Origin: Bacteroidales bacterium
GTDB lineage: Bacteria > Bacteroidota > Bacteroidia > Bacteroidales > GCA-2711565
Reading direction: 5' to 3'
DNA length: 64,000 bases
Assembly (NCBI GenBank): GCA_028280405.1
Contig: JANQLW010000082.1
Coordinates: forward strand, 3,727-67,726
A program made the translations under genes and the position numbers. Shown here one piece after another: positions 59,228 to 64,000 of this stretch. The notes under the pieces were generated by a model that saw nothing but the letters and a program-made list of their open reading frames with translations, was not told the origin of the DNA and made no database searches. Numbering within the stretch: position 1 is the stretch's first letter; each line of letters begins with the position of its first letter.

Positions 59228-62167
59228 ATGAAAATCGTAAATCTTTTTATTATCCTGTTTGCATCTCTTTTAACAGGATATAACCAAAAAACAACAAATG
59301 CCCCCAATCCTTATAATTTAGTAAACCCCTTTATTGGAACAGGAGGCCATGGTCATACTTATCCGGGTGCTACCTTACCATTTGGGATGGTACAGCTTAG
59401 CCCTGATACCCGTTTGGAGGGCTGGGATGGATGTTCATGTTATCATAATACCGATAGCATTATTTATGGATTTTCACACACACATTTGAGTGGAACCGGT
59501 GTTGCAGATTATGGTGATATTTTATTTATGCCTATAGGAAAGAATGTGGTATTTGATAATGGATATAAAAAAGGTGTTCAGTATGGATATGCTTCGGTTT
59601 TTAAAAAATCATCTGAAATAGCGAGCCCCGGTTTTTATCAGGTTCATCTTGATAAACATGATATAGATGTTAGGCTCACTACAACAAAAAGAGTTGGTAT
59701 TCATGAATATACCTATCCTGATAAAGGCATAGCAAATATTATTATTGATCTTGAACATCGGGATCAATTAATTGATTGTGATGTAGACCTGGTTGATGGG
59801 CATACGATTGAAGGCTACAGGATTTCAAAGGCATGGGCACAGGAACAACATATTTATTTTGTAGCTAAGTTCTCAAATAAAATAGATGGCTTTGGAATGA
59901 AAACTAAAAAAGTTCCATTTCATGATGAGAAAAATTCTAAAAAAAGAAATACAAAACTTAGCCTCGAATTTGATTTGGAAGAAAATCAGAAAATAATGGT
60001 TAAAGTTGGGATATCCGCAGTAAGTATTGAAGGGGCCAGAAAAAACCTTGAGACAGAAGCAAAGCACTGGGATTTCGAAAAATACAAAGAAGAAGCCAGG
60101 CAGGAATGGATAAAAGCCTTAAACAAAATTGAAATTAAAGGTGGAAATAACGATCAACAATCTATTTTTTATACGGCTCTTTACCACAGTATGATTGCTC
60201 CAAACTTGTTCAGTGATGTGGATGGAAAATACAGAGGTACTGATCTGAAAATCCATCAGTCTGATGATGGACCTGTATATACTGTGTTTTCTTTATGGGA
60301 TACTTTTAGAGCTACACATCCTTTGTTCACTATCATTGAACAAAATAAAACCAATGAATTTATCAGAACTTTCCTGAAGCAATATAAAGATGGCGGGCAG
60401 CTTCCTGTTTGGGAATTGGCAGCGAATTATACGGGTTGTATGATTGGATATCATTCCGTTTCTGTAATTGCTGATGCTTATATAAAAGGAATTCAGGAAT
60501 ATGATGAAGAATTGGCTTTGGAAGCTATGCTGCATAGTGCCAATAAAGACCATTTGGGATTGGATGCTTATAAATCCAAAGGCTTTATTGCCATGACTGA
60601 TGAAGCTGAATCGGTTTCTAAAAATCTTGAGTATGCTTATGACGATTGGTGCATAGCAACTATGGCCGGTAAGTTGGGTAAAACAGAAATTCAAAAGGAG
60701 TTTACCAAAAGAGCTCAATACTATAAAAATTTATTTGACCCTGAGACCGGTTTTATGAGAGCCCGGATAAATGGAGGATGGAATAGTAATTTCAATCCGA
60801 CTGAAGTAAACTTGAATTTTACGGAAGCAAATTCCTGGCAATATTCCATGTTTGTTCCACAAGATATTTCCGGTTTGGTGAATCTCCATGGTGGAAATGA
60901 TCATTTTGAAAAAAAACTTGATGAACTATTTACTACAGATGCAAAACTCAGTGGAAGACATCAATCAGATATTACCGGATTAATCGGCCAATATGCACAT
61001 GGAAATGAGCCGAGTCATCATATGGCATACCTATACAATTATATTGGTAAACCGTGGAAAACCCAGCAAAGAGTATATCAGATTTTAACCGAACAATATC
61101 AGAATGCTCCGGATGGTTTGTCGGGCAATGAAGATTGCGGACAAATGTCTTCATGGTATGTGATGAGCGCAATGGGTATTTATGCTGTAACTCCGGGTAT
61201 GGATTATTATGCTATTGGGACTCCACTCTTTGATAAAGCAAAAATTAATCTTGAGGATGGAAATGAATTTACCATTATTGCTAAAAATATTAGCCCTGAG
61301 AATATATACATCCAGAAAACAAAATTAAATGGTAAAAATTATAATAAGTGTTATTTAAAACATGAAGATATTATAAAAGGAGGGAAGCTTGTTTTTGAAA
61401 TGGGACCTCAGCCAAATAAACACTGGGGAAATGAATTACCTGTTTCATTCATACAAGAAAACTTAATTCTTCCGGTTCCTTTTATGAGTACTCCGCAACG
61501 GACTTTTGAAAATTCTCTTACTATTGAAATCTCCTGTGCTGAAAGGGATTGTGATATTTATTATCGTGTGAACCATGCTTCATTTAAAAAATATAATGGA
61601 CCGATAAAAATTACAAATACTTCTGTAATTGAGGCTTATTCGAAAAAAGGTGAATTGAGAAGCAATACCATTAAAGCTGAGTATAAGAAAATTAAGAAAG
61701 ACAAGAAAATTGAACTCCTCACAAAGTATGATAATCAATATACAGGAGGAGGTGACCATGCTTTAATAGACTATATTCGTGGAAATGATGATTACAGAAC
61801 CGGCAATTGCTGGCAGGGCTATTGGGGTAACAATATGATAGCTGTGATTGATCTTGGAAAAGAAAAGCCTATCAATTCGGTGGCATTAGGATGTTTGCAA
61901 AATATTAAATCCTGGATTTGGTATCCTAAAGAAGTTATAGTATCCGTTTCTTCAGATAATAAAACATTTGAATACATTGGAACAATTAAAAATGAATTCT
62001 CGGATAGAAAGTATGGTGCTTTTATACAGGATTTGAATATGAAATTTAACAATATTAAGGCCAGATATGTTAAACTTGAAGCTGTAAATTATGGAAAATG
62101 CCCGGAATGGCATTTAGGTGCCGGTGGCGATGCATGGATATTTGTCGATGAAATAATTATAAACTAA
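59228..62167 (+). CDS. GH92 alpha-mannosidase
   Basis: PFIGTGGHGHTYPGA, FSLWDTFRA, HGNEPSHH, GNEDCGQMSSW. Confidence 0.95.
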   Translation: MKIVNLFIILFASLLTGYNQKTTNAPNPYNLVNPFIGTGGHGHTYPGATLPFGMVQLSPDTRLEGWDGCSCYHNTDSIIYGFSHTHLSGTGVADYGDILFMPIGKNVVFDNGYKKGVQYGYASVFKKSSEIASPGFYQVHLDKHDIDVRLTTTKRVGIHEYTYPDKGIANIIIDLEHRDQLIDCDVDLVDGHTIEGYRISKAWAQEQHIYFVAKFSNKIDGFGMKTKKVPFHDEKNSKKRNTKLSLEFDLEENQKIMVKVGISAVSIEGARKNLETEAKHWDFEKYKEEARQEWIKALNKIEIKGGNNDQQSIFYTALYHSMIAPNLFSDVDGKYRGTDLKIHQSDDGPVYTVFSLWDTFRATHPLFTIIEQNKTNEFIRTFLKQYKDGGQLPVWELAANYTGCMIGYHSVSVIADAYIKGIQEYDEELALEAMLHSANKDHLGLDAYKSKGFIAMTDEAESVSKNLEYAYDDWCIATMAGKLGKTEIQKEFTKRAQYYKNLFDPETGFMRARINGGWNSNFNPTEVNLNFTEANSWQYSMFVPQDISGLVNLHGGNDHFEKKLDELFTTDAKLSGRHQSDITGLIGQYAHGNEPSHHMAYLYNYIGKPWKTQQRVYQILTEQYQNAPDGLSGNEDCGQMSSWYVMSAMGIYAVTPGMDYYAIGTPLFDKAKINLEDGNEFTIIAKNISPENIYIQKTKLNGKNYNKCYLKHEDIIKGGKLVFEMGPQPNKHWGNELPVSFIQENLILPVPFMSTPQRTFENSLTIEISCAERDCDIYYRVNHASFKKYNGPIKITNTSVIEAYSKKGELRSNTIKAEYKKIKKDKKIELLTKYDNQYTGGGDHALIDYIRGNDDYRTGNCWQGYWGNNMIAVIDLGKEKPINSVALGCLQNIKSWIWYPKEVIVSVSSDNKTFEYIGTIKNEFSDRKYGAFIQDLNMKFNNIKARYVKLEAVNYGKCPEWHLGAGGDAWIFVDEIIIN

Positions 62168-62170
62168 TTA

Positions 62171-64000
62171 TCAGAAATAATCATACAAACTGGTTATTTT
62201 AAATGTAGCATCATTAGCTGCATTTTTAATAATTATTGATTTTGTTTCACCTGCATCTAAGTCAAAAAAATTATTTGAGTATTTTACGCCTGTTTTGTTT
62301 GAACTAATATATACTGATTTTGCAAACTGCTTGGCACTTACTTCCATAATTAAAAAATCCTTATTTTTTTTGATCTTATAAGTCAATTCCGGAAATGTAA
62401 GAGCCAGGTCCTTTGGCTCCACAAAAGTGAAAATGTAATCTTCAGGATTTTCATTTATATTTAAAAAACTAACTTTTAAGTATGCAGACTTAATTTGTTG
62501 AGGGTTCAGATAGTCATTTAGTTTTAATAGGTATGCAATTGTTGGTTTGGAATTCTCTACAGTTGTATTCAAGTCTTTTTCCCAGATAATATCTCCGTTA
62601 AAACGGAATAACTGAAGTTTCATCTGAACGGTTTTAGCCCGCAATTCATCATTGCATAAAAATATTTGATAATAGTCTCTATTCTTTTTTACTATTGGAA
62701 TAATGTTCTGGTACAACTTCCGGACTGAATAATGTAAGGCTTTCCAATTCCCATAATAATCGATGCTGCTCCATGACGGTCCTGGCCAGCAATCATTCAG
62801 CTGCCAGTAAAGTGTACCCATACAATGCCCTTTATTCAAGCGATGAGCATTTATGGCTTTTTCCATTCCGTAAGCTTGTGTTAGTTGGCTCAAATAAATA
62901 AAACTTTCAAAATGTTTGGGTTCCGGAAAATGTTTAATGATGAATTCCTTTATTTTCCCATTACCTACATAGCTTTTCTGATGATGTTTAATGGTTTCCG
63001 ATTCCAGGTATAATTGATCGGAAGGTGTGAATGATTTAATATTAGCCATTTCCGGAAAGGATTGAAAACCATATTCGCTTATAAACCGTCCTACATATTT
63101 TTCATAGCCTGAAAAATCATCTGATCCATGCCATACACCCCAATAATGCATGCTTGAATTGTTGAAATTTTCTAATTTCCCCCAGTTACTCAAAGGTGAA
63201 GTATGTACATAATTTGCGTAGGGGTTTTCACTTAACACCATTTGGGGAATTTTGTTTTCAAAAAAAGAGAGTTGAGTATTCCATATTTCGGTCGAATCTT
63301 TAGCACTTAAATCATATTCTTTTTGCCAGCCCCAATTGAACCAGGCTACTTCCGTTTCATTATTACCACACCAAATAGCAATTGACGGATGTTTGTTTAT
63401 TCTAGCTATTTGTTCTTTTAATTCTTTATATACGGTTCTAAAGTGTTTAGTATTGAATGGATAAACACTACAGGCAAACATAAAATCCTGCCATACTAAT
63501 ATCCCGTATTTATCACAGAGATCATAAAAGTATTCTGATTCATAGATGCCTCCTCCCCATACACGAAGCATATTCATGTTGGCATTTTTTACATCTGAAA
63601 TCAGTGCTTCATATTTCTCATTAGTAACTCTTGTTAGAAGAGCATCCTGTGGGATATAATTGGCACCTTTGATGAAAATTGGTTTTCCGTTTAGTTTAAA
63701 ATAAAAAGATTTCCCTGTTTCATCTTCTTCCTGAACTAAGTCTATGGTTCTGATGCCTAATTTAGTTTCAACGGAATCATAAACTGTATCATGACTTCTT
63801 AATCTAAATACTAAATCATAGAGGTAAGCTTCCCCCATTCCATTACACCACCATAGCTTTGGGTTTTCAATTTTAAAATAATCACTTATATATTTACTCT
63901 TTTTTATTTTTTTACGGCACAATAATTTATTATCAGTTTTATTGAAGATTTCATAATAAAGATCAGATTCAGTAGTGCTAAATCTTCCAATATTCATATA
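62171..64000 (-). CDS. GH2 beta-mannosidase (5' end outside window)
   Basis: KGANYIP, RVWGGG.YE, VWQDFMFAC, WCGNNE, SEYGFQS, YWQLNDCWP. Confidence 0.93.
   Translation of the reverse strand, partial: YMNIGRFSTTESDLYYEIFNKTDNKLLCRKKIKKSKYISDYFKIENPKLWWCNGMGEAYLYDLVFRLRSHDTVYDSVETKLGIRTIDLVQEEDETGKSFYFKLNGKPIFIKGANYIPQDALLTRVTNEKYEALISDVKNANMNMLRVWGGGIYESEYFYDLCDKYGILVWQDFMFACSVYPFNTKHFRTVYKELKEQIARINKHPSIAIWCGNNETEVAWFNWGWQKEYDLSAKDSTEIWNTQLSFFENKIPQMVLSENPYANYVHTSPLSNWGKLENFNNSSMHYWGVWHGSDDFSGYEKYVGRFISEYGFQSFPEMANIKSFTPSDQLYLESETIKHHQKSYVGNGKIKEFIIKHFPEPKHFESFIYLSQLTQAYGMEKAINAHRLNKGHCMGTLYWQLNDCWPGPSWSSIDYYGNWKALHYSVRKLYQNIIPIVKKNRDYYQIFLCNDELRAKTVQMKLQLFRFNGDIIWEKDLNTTVENSKPTIAYLLKLNDYLNPQQIKSAYLKVSFLNINENPEDYIFTFVEPKDLALTFPELTYKIKKNKDFLIMEVSAKQFAKSVYISSNKTGVKYSNNFFDLDAGETKSIIIKNAANDATFKITSLYDYF

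Noticed and set aside
52412-64000. Short antisense ORFs within core metabolic genes
   Set aside because: Fully nested opposite well-supported CDSs

Overview
Bacteroidota (Bacteroidales-like) chromosome segment; TAnnTTTG promoters, T9SS/BACON and GH92/GH2 genes support the phylum. Core genes lie on the left (hslR, der, era, initiator tRNA-Met) and on the right (MMPL/RND transporter, rfbA, polyprenyl synthase, frameshifted sugar MFS, ROK kinase, GH92, partial GH2). Between them is a ~40.5 kb integrative mobilisable element (2750..43226) inserted in the initiator tRNA. It has a tyrosine integrase, Xis-like HTH, MobC/relaxase/T4CP and a candidate oriT, but no T4SS or phage structural genes. Its cargo includes: a fic gene; a GC-richer foreign block with sigma70-type promoters; a split HTH-STAND ATPase / WD40-TPR pair divergent from an E2-like / membrane JAB / E1 operon that lacks a ubiquitin-fold gene, where the E2 gene instead carries tandem GG-ending 11-aa peptides (best candidate for an undescribed system); five GxxxG paralogs sharing a relaxase-like C-terminal tail; a Cys-rich rSAM RiPP locus; a serine recombinase whose 3' tail is duplicated around a Gabija-like pair; and a PUA-like/MORC/histidine-kinase + receiver + Dcm + Vsr operon. 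Right of attR is a decayed older relative of the island (43227..~52230) holding a second RiPP cluster whose 55-aa precursor is missing from the ORF track. All calls are from motif reading by eye; no searches were run.
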